A stretch of 64,000 bases of DNA from Mayamaea pseudoterrestris (taxonomy: Eukaryota), in NCBI GenBank assembly GCA_027923505.1, contig BROI01000001.1, positions 2,170,001-2,234,000 of the forward strand. The letters run 5' to 3'. The translations under genes were made by a program, and so were the position numbers. The notes under the pieces were generated by a model. It had not been told where the DNA came from and did no database searches. It worked only from the letters and a program-made list of their open reading frames with translations. Each line of letters begins with the position of its first letter. The stretch's first letter is position 1. Positions 49,205 through 61,192 of the stretch are shown here, piece after piece.

Positions 49205-52200
49205 CTATGCCTCTTCTTCTGTCCAATCATTAGAGGAAGACATGTGCACATGGTCCGTCGGAACTTCGTACGACTCCGCCGCCGGTCCTAGCAGCTGCAC
49301 TAATGCATGTGCAGCTTCATTCTTCACGTCGTCGTCTCGCCAAAACTTCTCAAGCGCCGTAGCCATTGCAACAAACCCGCCGGCATGAGCCAGTGCTGTC
49401 AGTCGCTCGCCATCGTCCAGACACAAATTTGCGAGCGTGCCGCAAGCATTTCTTTGCACTTGTGCATCATCGGCGTGACGCGTCATGCATGCAACCTGAA
49501 CCGGTTAAATGAAGAGGCAATTAGGATGAAAGGTTTAACGCAGATAGGTACACTAGTTCACTGCTACTGATCAACGTTCACTCACCAAACCACCATGGTT
49601 CAACGAACCGCAATCGGCATTGCCACAACTAAGATTCCACAGGGCCGCCCACGCTGCTTCCTGTACACGCGTATCTCCAAAATGGGTCATCATGGCACCC
49701 TGAATGGCCTCTAAACCACCGACTTCACCAATCGCCAACTCATTGTCGGAATCCAGAGCTAACTTTTCTAAAGCCTTACAAGCGGCGACCTGAATACCAG
49801 CATGCATTGTGTGTTGCTCCATGCAGTTGACAATTGCTAGCAATCCTCCGGTTCGAGCAATCAATGCGACCTTTTCTGGATCACTGGCAACGTCAGCGAG
49901 ATACAACAAGGCGCTCTCAACTTGGGCAGAGTCATGACTCCACAAGTCTTTCCGAATCAATCGCGTCATTACGCGCGTCGCTGATTCTTTTCGATGTTGC
50001 GGAGGCAAGATGAAGCTCTCGCGCACGCCAGCAAAAGCTGGCAAATGTGGTCGCATCTGAAGTCCATTATATGCGGACGAAGAGCTACTGAGTTGACTTG
50101 ATCCTGGCGATGGTCCCTGACTTGGGTGAGGCGACGCTGTTCTCGAAGGTACGGGGGTTGTTATTGACGATGATGAGCGCGGTGGTCGAAAAACATGCGC
50201 CACTTCGTGTGACGCACGCACAGATAATCGTCGCTTCGGCGCTGCCAAAGACGAGTTTCCTGTTTGTGATAAAATCGAGATTTCGTCCACCGGCCCTGAA
50301 CCTGACGACAATTGCGATGCAGGTGTGATCAATATAGAAGAATCATTCAGTCTGTCTTGACAGTTAGAGCCAGGCGAGTCGTTGCAAAAAAGAGGCTGAT
50401 CGCGTCTATTCTGGGGTAACGATCGACTGTCGCCATCATCATTGTCTGCAAACTCAAACGAGTCCATTGGTAAATTACGCTCTACCTGCGGCGTTTGCAT
50501 TCCCGAACTGTCAAGTGTCGAAGCCATAGTCCCTAGGTCTGGCAATCTTGGAGGCACCTCTTGCTCGCATGGCGAGTTTTGCAGGGATACGTCGGACGTA
50601 TTGTTCTTTCTTAAGAGAGTCATATTAACTTTCGGCGGGCTTCCTTCCTTCTGCGTAAGTTTTTTCTTCAATTTTCCAAAGAAGCCCTTACGTTTCCTTC
50701 CTGGCGTCGTCGCTGGCGACGAAGTAACACTTGCACTATCGTCATGCAAACAAACTCCCCCAGCATCAATTGGATCCAAAACACCCGAGTCGTCCGAAAT
50801 ACAACTGGAAAGGACGTGCACTGCCTCGAGTGAGAGTTCGCCATGAGCCATATCACTCGTCGACGTCTCGCCTTGAGAGTCCGACCCATGCACATTTTCG
50901 AGTAACTGCCCCATCCGAGCCTCCAACACTACATCCGACGCTTTATCTATGTCAACATCAGCGTTAGTTTCTTTGGGAATGCTGTCAACGCTCGGCTTCC
51001 ATTCCTTTTCAAGCAGGTTGTCCGGCAATTGGGCGCCTTTAATTCCACGCGGTGGTGTACAATCTCCTTCGCTTACTTCGGCAAGCTCATTCGTACTTTC
51101 TAAAAGTGCTGCGTCTTGCGACAAAGGACTCGAACTAATCGACGACGGCGGCATTAATGCCTGAGTCGCAGGCGATTCAGCCTGCATAACAATTTCAATG
51201 GCGCTTTGATCCGCCCCACTACCAGTAGAAGCCAATTGGCATTCGTAAGTCGCTTGCTCTGCACCATCGCGTTCAAGTACTTCGTCATCGACAGAGAGTG
51301 AAGAAAGGAGTGCATGAGGTTCAGTCTCCTCGAGGTCTTCGTCATTTTCTTTCGCGACTAATTCATCGTCGACAAATAACTCATGGATCGTCCCTTGAGA
51401 TTCAGCTATCTCTGTAACTGCCAAGTCTACATGCAACTCGTCCACTAGTCTTGCCGCTTTGTCAGTTTCCATCGCAAAAGACTCGCCTTCCGACAGTAAA
51501 GATTCTTCAAGAGGCTGTTCCGGTGCACTAACACCGATGAATCGCTCATCTTGTTCGACAGATTGATCTCCCATTCGTTCCGGAGTGGTTGGAACGGAAA
51601 GCTCCTCCTTGGCACTGACGAATCCACCCAAACTGCTGCTGCCGTCCGAGTACTCCTCCCGATCCGGTTCTACTACTGAATTGCTGCCGTCCTGCTGATC
51701 GCATGAAAGCTGGTCAAGTGCTTCAATCGACAGCTTTTGTGGTGATCGTACATTGGACTTGATGGGAGTATTCGCCTCGGCGACTCCGTCTCGTTGCATC
51801 AAAAGTATGTGTTCAATTTCCTGTTGCGCACTTTGTTGCGATTCAGCCTCCAATCGCGCAAGCAACGCATGAGCGTCATGCGAGTCGTCCTTCTTTTCTT
51901 CTACATTCTCATGCGAGTGAATGGAACTGGAATTGGCCAATGAGTCATGGTGTTGGGGAGCTTGTCCGTCTTGCGGTGGCAATAATGGCGTTGAATGCGT
52001 TTCTCCTTCACTTTGACACTCTTTTGCAGGCGATTCCTTTTCCTCCACTTCCTCCAATGATGATTGACTGGCGCTACAGGAACTGCTGCTGCTACTGGTC
52101 GCCGGAGTTTCTTCCTTGTCCTCGTCGGGAGAGGATGAAACGGTTTCAATTATTTTTTCTTCCAACCGAAAGGTTATTGAGAGTCGCTTCGTCAGCTCGT

Positions 52201-52408
52201 CCATTACTTGGTCACGAGGAGCAACTGTCTCATCCGCATAGACTTGAAGGGTTTCCTCCAAGTTTACATCTTCGACAGGATGAATTGACTCGTCGCTTCC
52301 ATCAGTCGTACTATCGGTATCCTCATTGGCTGCTGCTGCTGATTGCTGCTGTTGCGGCTTATGCGAGTCTTCGTCAATGGGAACTAGTAGCTTGGAAAAT
52401 ACGACCAT
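49205..52408 (-). CDS. Large acidic disordered protein with C-terminal armadillo repeats (intron 49496-49585)
   Basis: GGLLAIVNCM, ACKALEKLA, AWAALWNLS and ACGTLANL repeats. A GT-AG intron joins GGL|VACMTRH in frame. The start Met is uncertain. Confidence 0.85.
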
Positions 52409-53034
52409 TGTTTGGCGCTTCTTTTGTGGAGAAGTTTTCCAATAGTTGCAAACGGTAGTAGACTTTAGCAAACTCTCCTCCAAGGCTTCCGTCAAGGGCA
52501 AGAGGCAGCAGCATGTGCTTGCCATCGCGCGTTTTCGCTCGGCGTCTAACCCTATGTCGCACTTGGCGCGCCTCGACTGTGAGTAACGCAGATGCTCGGC
52601 TGACGTTGGGAACACAATTTTCAGTTAGCGATTCAACGCATGAGGCGCGTGCCGGAGCTGGCGGGCGCGGCATAGAGGCGCGAGACCGGTACCGGTAGTA
52701 GATGAGTGTGACGGAGCCCGAGCCAAGTCCCTTGGCCCGAGCTATCAACTTCAGTACAGTAGCAGGATAACTCAGCTACGAGTATGATCGTGCCAGTCTA
52801 GTACGCGTACAAATCTCTGTAGCTCATTTACAGTCTTGTTGATGTTACATTGTCTTTTAAATTTGCTGCTAATAATCATGGTGGACATTTGCCGAAGATC
52901 CGCACGCTCGCCTTCCCGAGCAGCAAGAATCGTTGGCTTGCATATTCAAACCCGTACGCAACTCGCATCGATGTGACGATATGTAACAGCAGCTGGCCAT
53001 GTCGTTGGCGAGTGTATATCAGTTCAAGTTCGTC

Positions 53035-53877
53035 TCAGCCACTTGCAGCCGACAGCCGCTGGTGAAGATTCCTGGACTTGACGATGACCAAACGAGGCTC
53101 CCATAAATCAAACACTACTTGCAAACACTGGAGAACGGCTTCCAACTCGCGCGTGCCATTGATGTCAATTGCGAGTACATCCACAGCTACACCAGCTAGC
53201 TTTTCAGGCAGCTTAGTTGAATCTTCCAAAATGTCCCAGAGCAAAAGGTTCAAATGGGGATGATTCTTTCGTGCAGTAGCAACACTAGTCTCGGATTTAT
53301 CAACACCAAATACGCATTTCGTTGACTTTTGGTAGACGCGATTCACATTGTCGCCAAAAGCACTGCCAATCTCTACAAACACGTCGTCGGGCAGCGTATT
53401 TACGACGCACGCTCGGCGGTAGATTGGAGTTTCAGGGTAAACCAACACTAGTTGTCGCTGATTTTTGTCAAGAATTCGGACAATATTGCTCCTGCAGATG
53501 GTATATGTACTCCCCAATGGATATTGGACGCGAATGCGAGAATTTGATGCAGCAAGTGCATCGTCGTCGGTGACGCGAGCTCGAAGGAACAGCTCAAGAC
53601 GTTGTGCAGGAACATGTTCTTTCTGGTCAACTTCTTCCTGCAATTCTTCTAGTGGATTGTTGCGCATGGCATCATTATTGTCCGATGCCGACGTCCGTTT
53701 CATCTCACCGCCAGACTCATTCTTTGAATTGCGACGTCGTCCTTTGCTTCTCAGAACCCATACGAGCTCGTCTTTCCGAAGAGGATTGTTCAAAGATTGC
53801 TTTTCCAATTCATCATGACGAAGATAGCTATAGAAATTACCACTACATGGCTGAGGTAGCTCTTTCTCGATGGCCAT
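53035..53877 (-). CDS. Class I SAM-dependent methyltransferase-like protein
   Basis: Motif I-like VFVEIGSAFG, then VFGVDKS, WDIL and AIDING. Confidence 0.65.
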   Translation of the reverse strand: MAIEKELPQPCSGNFYSYLRHDELEKQSLNNPLRKDELVWVLRSKGRRRNSKNESGGEMKRTSASDNNDAMRNNPLEELQEEVDQKEHVPAQRLELFLRARVTDDDALAASNSRIRVQYPLGSTYTICRSNIVRILDKNQRQLVLVYPETPIYRRACVVNTLPDDVFVEIGSAFGDNVNRVYQKSTKCVFGVDKSETSVATARKNHPHLNLLLWDILEDSTKLPEKLAGVAVDVLAIDINGTRELEAVLQCLQVVFDLWEPRLVIVKSRNLHQRLSAASG

Positions 53878-53941
53878 GGTCGATCAGATTTTGACGTCGA
53901 TTTGCAGTGGAACGGGATTGAGTACCGTATCATGTGTCGTA

Positions 53942-54336
53942 CCGTCATCTTGAAAAATCGCGGCATGAGCTTTTCACTATGGCAGTTTTAGCCAACGGCA
54001 GCTTATTCATTGGTCACTTGTATGTAAATGAGTAGGTTCTTGCTTTGAAATGGTTGCCGATGTCTGGTGTGGGTCCCGTAGAGAGCTTTGAATGTCCACG
54101 TAGCCAAGTAGGCTGACTACTGCGCGCGCAAGCCGGTCATTTCGGACCTCCACCAAGGATCCACTTGGGGCGCATCCTGTTGGCGGGACCATCAATGCAA
54201 ATCCAAAACTAATACTCTGACTACACTAATATTGATATGGTGGTTGTAGCCATCTATATATTGTCTTGATACGACATATACAAGTGATGGTACGGCTCGC
54301 CCCAGTTGACCGTGCCAAGACTTTTCAAGATGACGG
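53942..54336. mobile_element. MITE / non-autonomous Tc1-mariner-like DNA transposon (395 bp)
   Basis: Perfect 15-bp terminal inverted repeats CCGTCATCTTGAAAA / TTTTCAAGATGACGG (imperfect to ~26 bp), flanked by TA on both sides. No transposase. Confidence 0.75.
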
Positions 54337-54477
54337 TAGGCGACACTACATTCATCATCATCTTCTCTTCTTGGGTTAGGTGCTCGTTTTAGTTATTACC
54401 AGCGAGTGATTACCACTAAATCTAACTAAAGAGTATGTTTTGTGACGACTTGCATATCAACATGACCGCTGGTGGTA

Positions 54478-55174
54478 TTATAAGTTTCTCGTAAGAAAAG
54501 ACCAATAATACTCGTCCGTCGCGAGACAGTAGACAGCTCGACCAGCATAAGCTGCCACAATCGTCGACCAGACCAGCGTCAGCGCCAAGTTTTTGTTGTC
54601 AATGTCAGTGTAGTTTCGTTTAAAACCAGTCCGTTTGCTCTCCAGACGCTCAAACGCCCAATCTGGCAAAGTGAGTGGCAAGACGCGACTGGCGATTGTT
54701 AGCGTTTTAGCAAGTGTCACTGCATGCGAATGCATTGTGTCGTACCTTGCGCATTTTCCAGATAAGCGTCCATGTTACCTTGTGCTTCAATGCGGTCGCA
54801 TTTGTCCAAAGCCATGACTAAAAGATGTAGAAAAATGAGCAAGTACGCGCAACGTGAGTTATGGCTCCGACGGCGTTGAGCATTGAAATGGCCAAGATTG
54901 ACTCACATTTTAGCACTGCTTGCTCATAATCTTCTGGTTGAAAGAGTCTATGAAAGAAAGGCTTTGGTCCACGCAACAGCAATGTCTTGCCAATTCCGTA
55001 GCCGGCTTCAGGTCGATCGGCAGCAGTGCTCGGTGACCACTTTGCCAACTTTTTGTCGTACTTTGGAACCATCAGCAGTGCAGACTTTCCCTTGTTAACC
55101 ACATGGCTTACTTGAAAGCCGTGAGACATGCACACGCTAAGAGCGATGCATACAAAAAGGAAGGGAAGAGCCAT
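54478..55174 (-). CDS. Hypothetical membrane protein with signal peptide, three exons (introns 54818-54906 and 54663-54745)
   Basis: GT-AG splicing gives YEQAVLK|FMALDKCDRIEAQGNMDAYLENAQ|DWAFER. Signal peptide ends SHG-F; C-terminal hydrophobic segment. Confidence 0.75.
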
Positions 55175-55413
55175 GGTGAACGGCGTGTGTGACGGATGAA
55201 AATTGGAAGCGCAGAAAATGCTGACGAAGCGAGCGTGTCGTGGTGCGACAGCTTCGATCACTACCTACGGTGTGAAAAAATAGGTTCAATTCAACCGACT
55301 ACAAGTACTACAATCAAACTCGAATGAAAGAAGTGATTAACGGTATGTAATTTATCGAGAGGTCTCGCTTGCTGGCTTGTCACAAGGCGCACAGTATGAC
55401 TTTGGTTCAAACC

Positions 55414-55944
55414 TCAAAAGACACCGGACGATTGCTGCCAGCGCGACAACATATTTCGGTGTGCTGGAATGGTTTCATCGTTTCCTGCCTTCCTAGTCAC
55501 TGGTTCCTTTGATTCATCCTTTTCTGGTTCCTTCCTTGATACATCATCTTCATCCAAAGAGGCAAACGAGTTTGCAAGTCCAATATTTCCCCCATCGACG
55601 CCCGGCCGTTTACTCGACTGAGTCGGCGAACCAGTAAGTGCATCCGCCATGTCCAGCATGCTAAAGTCACTGCTCGCCTCGTACAATTCCGAAGATGAAG
55701 GTGTTCTTCCGTAGGGGTCCGCTTCGACTGGTTTTTGAAATAGCAAAGACGACCGAAGCTTGGAGGCTGCGTTGGAAACCGTCTCAGGCACGGACGGCAT
55801 CAGATCTAAACGAGAAAAGCGTTTCTGTCTCCTTACATGCTTGGCTGAAGGTGGGGTGATTGTCGTTGAATCGTCTCTAGTCTTCATTGTCAACACTTTG
55901 CTTAACAAGTGACGCTCTTGCGATGTGAGTGGCGGCGCGCCCAC
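55414..55944 (-). CDS. Hypothetical protein
   Basis: 176-aa ORF with no recognised domain; the start is unresolved. Confidence 0.4.
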   Translation of the reverse strand: MGAPPLTSQERHLLSKVLTMKTRDDSTTITPPSAKHVRRQKRFSRLDLMPSVPETVSNAASKLRSSLLFQKPVEADPYGRTPSSSELYEASSDFSMLDMADALTGSPTQSSKRPGVDGGNIGLANSFASLDEDDVSRKEPEKDESKEPVTRKAGNDETIPAHRNMLSRWQQSSGVF

Positions 55945-56273
55945 GCTCGCGCGTTTGAAGCCTTCCGTGCCAACAGCTGTTTCGTGTCCAGGTCATTATG
56001 ACTCATGGCAAATGACTCCTATTCATATGGGGAAACTATACCGATACTCCAAGGCTTTCGTATCGTTTACCTAGCGGATGGACTTGCACAACGTAGTTCA
56101 AAGTATACATTCTCAAACTAACTGTAAGGTTAATTGAACTACCTTAGCTGGAGAGCAATCACATATAAATTTGAGCAATCAGCCAAAAGCCGAATTCAAA
56201 CGAGTATGATCATAATGCCACACTAGTTACTGCATGCAATCTTCTGCGCCACCAAGTCAAGCAATAATGTTGC

Positions 56274-57001
56274 CTAGCAGCACTGCTTCTTCGGCTGCGA
56301 TCCTTGAGAAGCCTTGAGGTTGAGCCCTTGCTTATTTTGCTGCGGGCCACCCTGCCCATCTGCAACCAACCTGTCCTTGACAGCGCGGGCAATGCCTACA
56401 AAGGAAGGGTCAACATTAATGTCATTCTTCGCCGAGCACTCCCAAAATGGAATATTGAATTCCTTGGCGAGTTTCTCTCCCTCTTCCGTGCTGACAACCT
56501 TGTCGTCCAACATGTCGCACTTGTTCCCGACCAAAATCTTGTTAACATGTACATCCGCATGCTGCTGAATTTGTGAGATCCAATTGCGAATGCTCTCAAA
56601 CGAGCGTCGGTCAGTAACGTCATACACGAGCAAAATTCCCTGCGCACCGCGAAAATAGCTTGTCGTAATTGTACGAAAGCGTTCCTGGCCTGCCGTGTCC
56701 CAAATCTGAAGCTTGATGCGAGTTCCATCAATATCGACATTCTTAATTTTAAAATCAATGCCAATCGTAGTAATAAACGTCGGCGAGAACGAGTCGTTGG
56801 CGTAACGGAGCAACAGCTGCAAAGCAAGTACGGAGCGAAAGGAATCGGTGAGACGCTGGTTCGAGCAAGATTACGCGGTCCATGTGTCCATGCAGCTGCA
56901 GCTGCTAATGCTGTTAAACTCACGCAGGTCTTCCCAACTCCACTGTCACCGATCATTAGCAGCTTAATCTGCATATCGTATGGAGCGGAGCCTTGAGACA
57001 T
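56274..57001 (-). CDS. RAB8: Rab8/RabE/Sec4-type small GTPase (intron 56817-56923)
   Basis: [46 protein letters not shown] and C-terminal CC. Confidence 0.93.
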
Positions 57002-57246
57002 CTTGAATATTATTAAAAGCAATGAGAAAACAGGCAGGAGCGTGCGGAAGCTTTTGCTGCAGCGGCGCTCCACTCGTCAAAATCGAAGGTGTTGGTCGAC
57101 GATGACGATGGTCATCCGTTGAACTAGCCGAGTTAGAGGGAAGGTTAATATTCTTAGCTAGCAACAGCAAGCCAGCCAATTCATTCATGTATGATAATGT
57201 ATGTTATTACTCATGTCAAACGATTACACAGCACTCTATTTCACTT

Positions 57247-58533
57247 TTAAGCATTGTCATTTGTCAATGGTTCTGGCAAGAGCGGAATACCAGCAATGAA
57301 CTGAATTACGGCTGCAGCGGATGGTCGACTCGATGGCACAAGATTCATACAAGCAGCTGCGATCTGGCCAATCGATTCAAGTACCTGCCTATGAGCCACT
57401 GGTCTTAGTTTTAGGTCCGCCTCGAATGGATTCTCGCCAAACAGGTTATCAAAAAGCACGTCGTTTGACATGCCGTTCGGATTCTTTCTCGTACCCTGGA
57501 GGCAGCCAGTTAACAGTTCAGCAGCAATCACACCGAACGAAAACATATCACTGGCAGCATCGTACTGACAAGACCCGCGTTCATAGCGAGGGCATCGATA
57601 TCCACGCGAGCCAAACACTGCTTCGCCCGAATGAAACCTGCCACGATCCGTTGCAATTAACCGACTCAGTCCGCAACCAGAAAGCTTGGCAACAGAGTAG
57701 TCGCTTGCGACAAAAATGTTGCTGGGATTGATATCGCCATGAAAGCTTGGCTTGCGACGAGATTGGTCGCCTTCGTGAACGTAGTGCAACGCTTGTGCAA
57801 TACAGAGCATGGTCTTAACTCGCAGGTTCCACGAAAAGGCCGTGCGAGCGTACTCATTTTCAAGAATATCACGGAGCGATTTGCGATTGCGCAAGTCGTA
57901 CAGGAAACAGTAGACGGATGGCCCTAGCAACTGCGCCGTTATTCGCATAATGTTGTCGTGCTGAATATGTTTCAACTCACCGACAACAGACGCTCGCACT
58001 TCATTCATCGCCCCTGCTGTATGCATGTAAAGGCTGCGGACCATTAAAGTGGCACCATCGAGTTCATCATCATGAGCGTCATAGATATTGCCGACGGAGG
58101 AATATGTGATGATTCGTTTCGGAGAAAAGTTGCTCGTCAGGAGATTAAAATACGCATGAGAGAGGTCAATGGCTGGTCCACCGCTTGCATCCATGGGCTG
58201 CTCCAAAACGTTCTTTAGCAAAGCTTTTTCATCATTCATTATAACATCATTGCCGGCTTCGTCGTCTTCTGCTTCTGCCTCGGTCAAATCAAATGAGATG
58301 CTTTCGAAGGCCGACGTTTGCCGCAGAGGCCTTGGTGGTGTGGGAGACATGATAATAGTTGGCCGCGACTTGGTGCTTTCCACCATTCGCTGTTGATCAT
58401 GTTGCCTGTGCTTCAGCAAAACATCCAAGATTCTAGCCCGGGCCTCTGACACTTGATTACTTGTTGTATCCAATACGCGCAAGCTTGGAATTTCGTCGAG
58501 CAGCTCCACGAATGCTCCAGCGCCGCCATCTCC
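57247..58533 (-). pseudogene. 3' part of an LRR + Pelle/IRAK-like (pseudo)kinase gene interrupted by copia B
   Basis: LRVLDTTSNQV LRR; kinase motifs HDNIMRI, WNLRVK..IAQALHYVH, HGDINPSNI, FGSRGY and SDMFSFGV..ELLTG. Confidence 0.88.
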
Positions 58534-58909
58534 TGTTGAGAGTAAATACGTTTTGCATGAGACTTGGCTATGTAACTGATGGGAAAGTATATGTGCCCGA
58601 GAAGGGGCGAAGGGATTCGCTAAGTGGGTCCTAAGTAATTGAGTGAATGATACAGTCAGCTGTTCTGACTGTCTAAGTGGAGGTCCGTGGGCGACCGAGA
58701 TATAGGCTATGAGCGAAGTAGGTTGGCGAGGGTGCGGATGCACCTCGACCAGGTTTGAAATAATAAAGATCACTTTTCTATGGCAACAACAGGTTGTAGA
58801 ACATACTAGTAGCAATTTTCTGAAGACCTTCCAGCATTTCTCGAGAAAGATTCGTGGACTGGGTCTCGGAAAGAAGTAAGAGAAAGGTCAGGAACAAGGA
58901 GACTGCGCC

Positions 58910-61144
58910 ATGACGGATACTATCAAGACGTCGGTGGGCAAGCTCGCTGAGTTCAGTGGAAACCAAGAGGACTTCATCACATGGAGACTAAGGTCAAACG
59001 CCGTATTGGCGTGCAACGAAGTGTTGCAATATTGTGGGACAACCAAGCATTCCAGTCTACCAAGGACGGAGGAATCAACGGACGTGTCGCCACACAGTGA
59101 CGCGCAAAAGTTAGCGGTCAAGAGGAACAGCAAGGCAGTCGCCATGCTGGTGCAGGCGTTCAAGAAGGATTCGCTATTGCTATTATATCACCAGTGCTGC
59201 ACGAGCGACTGGCCGACGGGTCTAGCCTCCGATCTCATGAAGAGGCTTCAAGACAGATACCAACCGAATGACGCATTGACGGGCATCGAGTTGGAGCAGG
59301 CTATTCAAGCCATCAAGGACGTATCAGCGACAAGTAATCCTGAAGTCCTATTCGATGCGATCGATCGGGTCGCCATCAAGTTCGCGACGTCAAGTGTTAA
59401 GCTCACTGAGTCGCAGAAGGAAGTAATCATCTGGCAGCGTTGTCAGAAAGTGTACGCAAACGTGCTGACGTCACTTCGCATCAACTATCGAGAGAGTCTA
59501 ACGACAGACCTGATGAGACAGAACATCCTCGATGAGTATCGCTCCCGTCACGGATGGAGTGACGAGAAGAAAGGGAATGACGACGACAGTGACAGTGGGG
59601 ATCAAGCGCTTGCGGCATTCACCGGCAACTGTAACAAGTGCGGAAAGAAAGGACATAAAGAACGCGACTGTCGTTTGAAGAAGAACAACAACAACAACAA
59701 TAATAACAGGAACAATAACAATGGAGGCAACCGGATCAACGGAAGCTGCAACAACTGCGGCAAGCCAGGACACAAGGCGGTCGATTGCTTCGACAAACCA
59801 GAGAATGCTGCGGCAAAGGCGGCATGGTTCAAGAAAATAAAGGGCAAAGAAAGGAACAATGGCGGAAGCGGCGGAAGCGGAAGCAATGGAGGTGGAAACA
59901 GAAACCAACAGCAAGCGAACGCTGGCTTCGAGTTCGTTTGTATGGCAGTCAACAGTATGTCGACGGTCAACAACGACAGCAGTCTTTGGATATCGGATAG
60001 CGCTTGTACAAGACATATAACAAACAACAAGGTTGGTTTGAGCAACACACGTCTGGTCGGCAACGGCGACGGAGTGAAAGGGATCAATGGCGAGCTACTC
60101 GAGTGTGAGCTCATTGGAGATTTAAAAGGGATCGTCTGCAACCAAGACGGAAAGGAATTGTACACGACGTTGATGAAACCAGTGCAGTATTCAAAGACGG
60201 CATACGGCAACCTCTTTAGTGAGGCCAAGATGATTAAGGAAGGATGGAGCATCACGAAGGAACGCGAGCGGACCATCATGAAGAAGGGAGAGCACAGGTT
60301 GGTGTTTGATATACCGATCCATCAAGGCGGTGGAGTCATGCACGCTATAAGAATCAAGCGTGACGAAAGCATAAAGAACGAGGTGGCAAATGCAGCTATC
60401 GATATAATGACTGTCCATGATCGACTCGGGCATCCAGGGCAAGAGATGACCAAGCAAGTGGCAGCGCATCTAGGATGGGAAGTCGAGGGGTCAATGACTC
60501 CATGCGCTTCATGCGCAGTTGGAAAGGCAAGACAAAAGAATATAAAGAGAGAAGAACCAGCAGGCAAGGCTGACGTACCGAACGGACGAGTCTTTGTGGA
60601 CTGCGCGGTATTAAAGGCAAGCGACAGCAGCAAGAAGATCAAGAAGAGCGTGTGGATTATGATCGTTGATGAGTACAGTGGACTCAAACATTCCTATTGT
60701 TGCGAAACAAAGGATCAAATGCCAAAGATAGTTTGCAGTCGCTTCTTGATTTGGAAGAACGAAGGCAAGCCAGTCAAGATCGTAAGGATGGACAACGCAG
60801 GCGAAAACCAAACATTAAAGGAGCTGGCGAATGGAACGGAGTACAATCTTGGAATTAAGTTTGAATTGACTGCGGCAAGAACGCCTCAGCAGAACCACTT
60901 GGTAGAGGTGGGTTTCAATACCATAAAGGGAAGGAGTCGGGCGTTGCTCTGTCGAGCAAACGTGCCGCAAGGCGTGCGATGGAAATTCATGCCACACTTG
61001 GTAGTAACGACTACTAAGCTTGAAGGATTGGCGGTCATTACTATTGACGGCGTCAAGCAAACTCGGTACGAGCACTGGGGAGCGGAGATTCCCGCATGGG
61101 CGCCGCAGCTGTCACTAAGATGGGGGAATGGCAGTCGTCGTTAA
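58910..61144 (+). CDS. Copia B Gag (two CCHC knuckles)-protease-integrase
   Basis: CNKCGKKGHKERDC, CNNCGKPGHKAVDC, WISDSAC, HDRLGH..CASC, VRMDNAGE and PQQNHLVE. Confidence 0.95.
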   Translation: MTDTIKTSVGKLAEFSGNQEDFITWRLRSNAVLACNEVLQYCGTTKHSSLPRTEESTDVSPHSDAQKLAVKRNSKAVAMLVQAFKKDSLLLLYHQCCTSDWPTGLASDLMKRLQDRYQPNDALTGIELEQAIQAIKDVSATSNPEVLFDAIDRVAIKFATSSVKLTESQKEVIIWQRCQKVYANVLTSLRINYRESLTTDLMRQNILDEYRSRHGWSDEKKGNDDDSDSGDQALAAFTGNCNKCGKKGHKERDCRLKKNNNNNNNNRNNNNGGNRINGSCNNCGKPGHKAVDCFDKPENAAAKAAWFKKIKGKERNNGGSGGSGSNGGGNRNQQQANAGFEFVCMAVNSMSTVNNDSSLWISDSACTRHITNNKVGLSNTRLVGNGDGVKGINGELLECELIGDLKGIVCNQDGKELYTTLMKPVQYSKTAYGNLFSEAKMIKEGWSITKERERTIMKKGEHRLVFDIPIHQGGGVMHAIRIKRDESIKNEVANAAIDIMTVHDRLGHPGQEMTKQVAAHLGWEVEGSMTPCASCAVGKARQKNIKREEPAGKADVPNGRVFVDCAVLKASDSSKKIKKSVWIMIVDEYSGLKHSYCCETKDQMPKIVCSRFLIWKNEGKPVKIVRMDNAGENQTLKELANGTEYNLGIKFELTAARTPQQNHLVEVGFNTIKGRSRALLCRANVPQGVRWKFMPHLVVTTTKLEGLAVITIDGVKQTRYEHWGAEIPAWAPQLSLRWGNGSRR

Positions 61145-61192
61145 GACTGCAACCAAGACGACATCAAACGATATGGACAAGGAGCCATTGGA

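Noticed and set aside
57247..58815. 522-aa ORF as a complete gene, and the 218-aa ORF at 63038-63694
   Set aside because: Their shared segment is antisense LTR read-through. The real N-terminus lies beyond the insertion.
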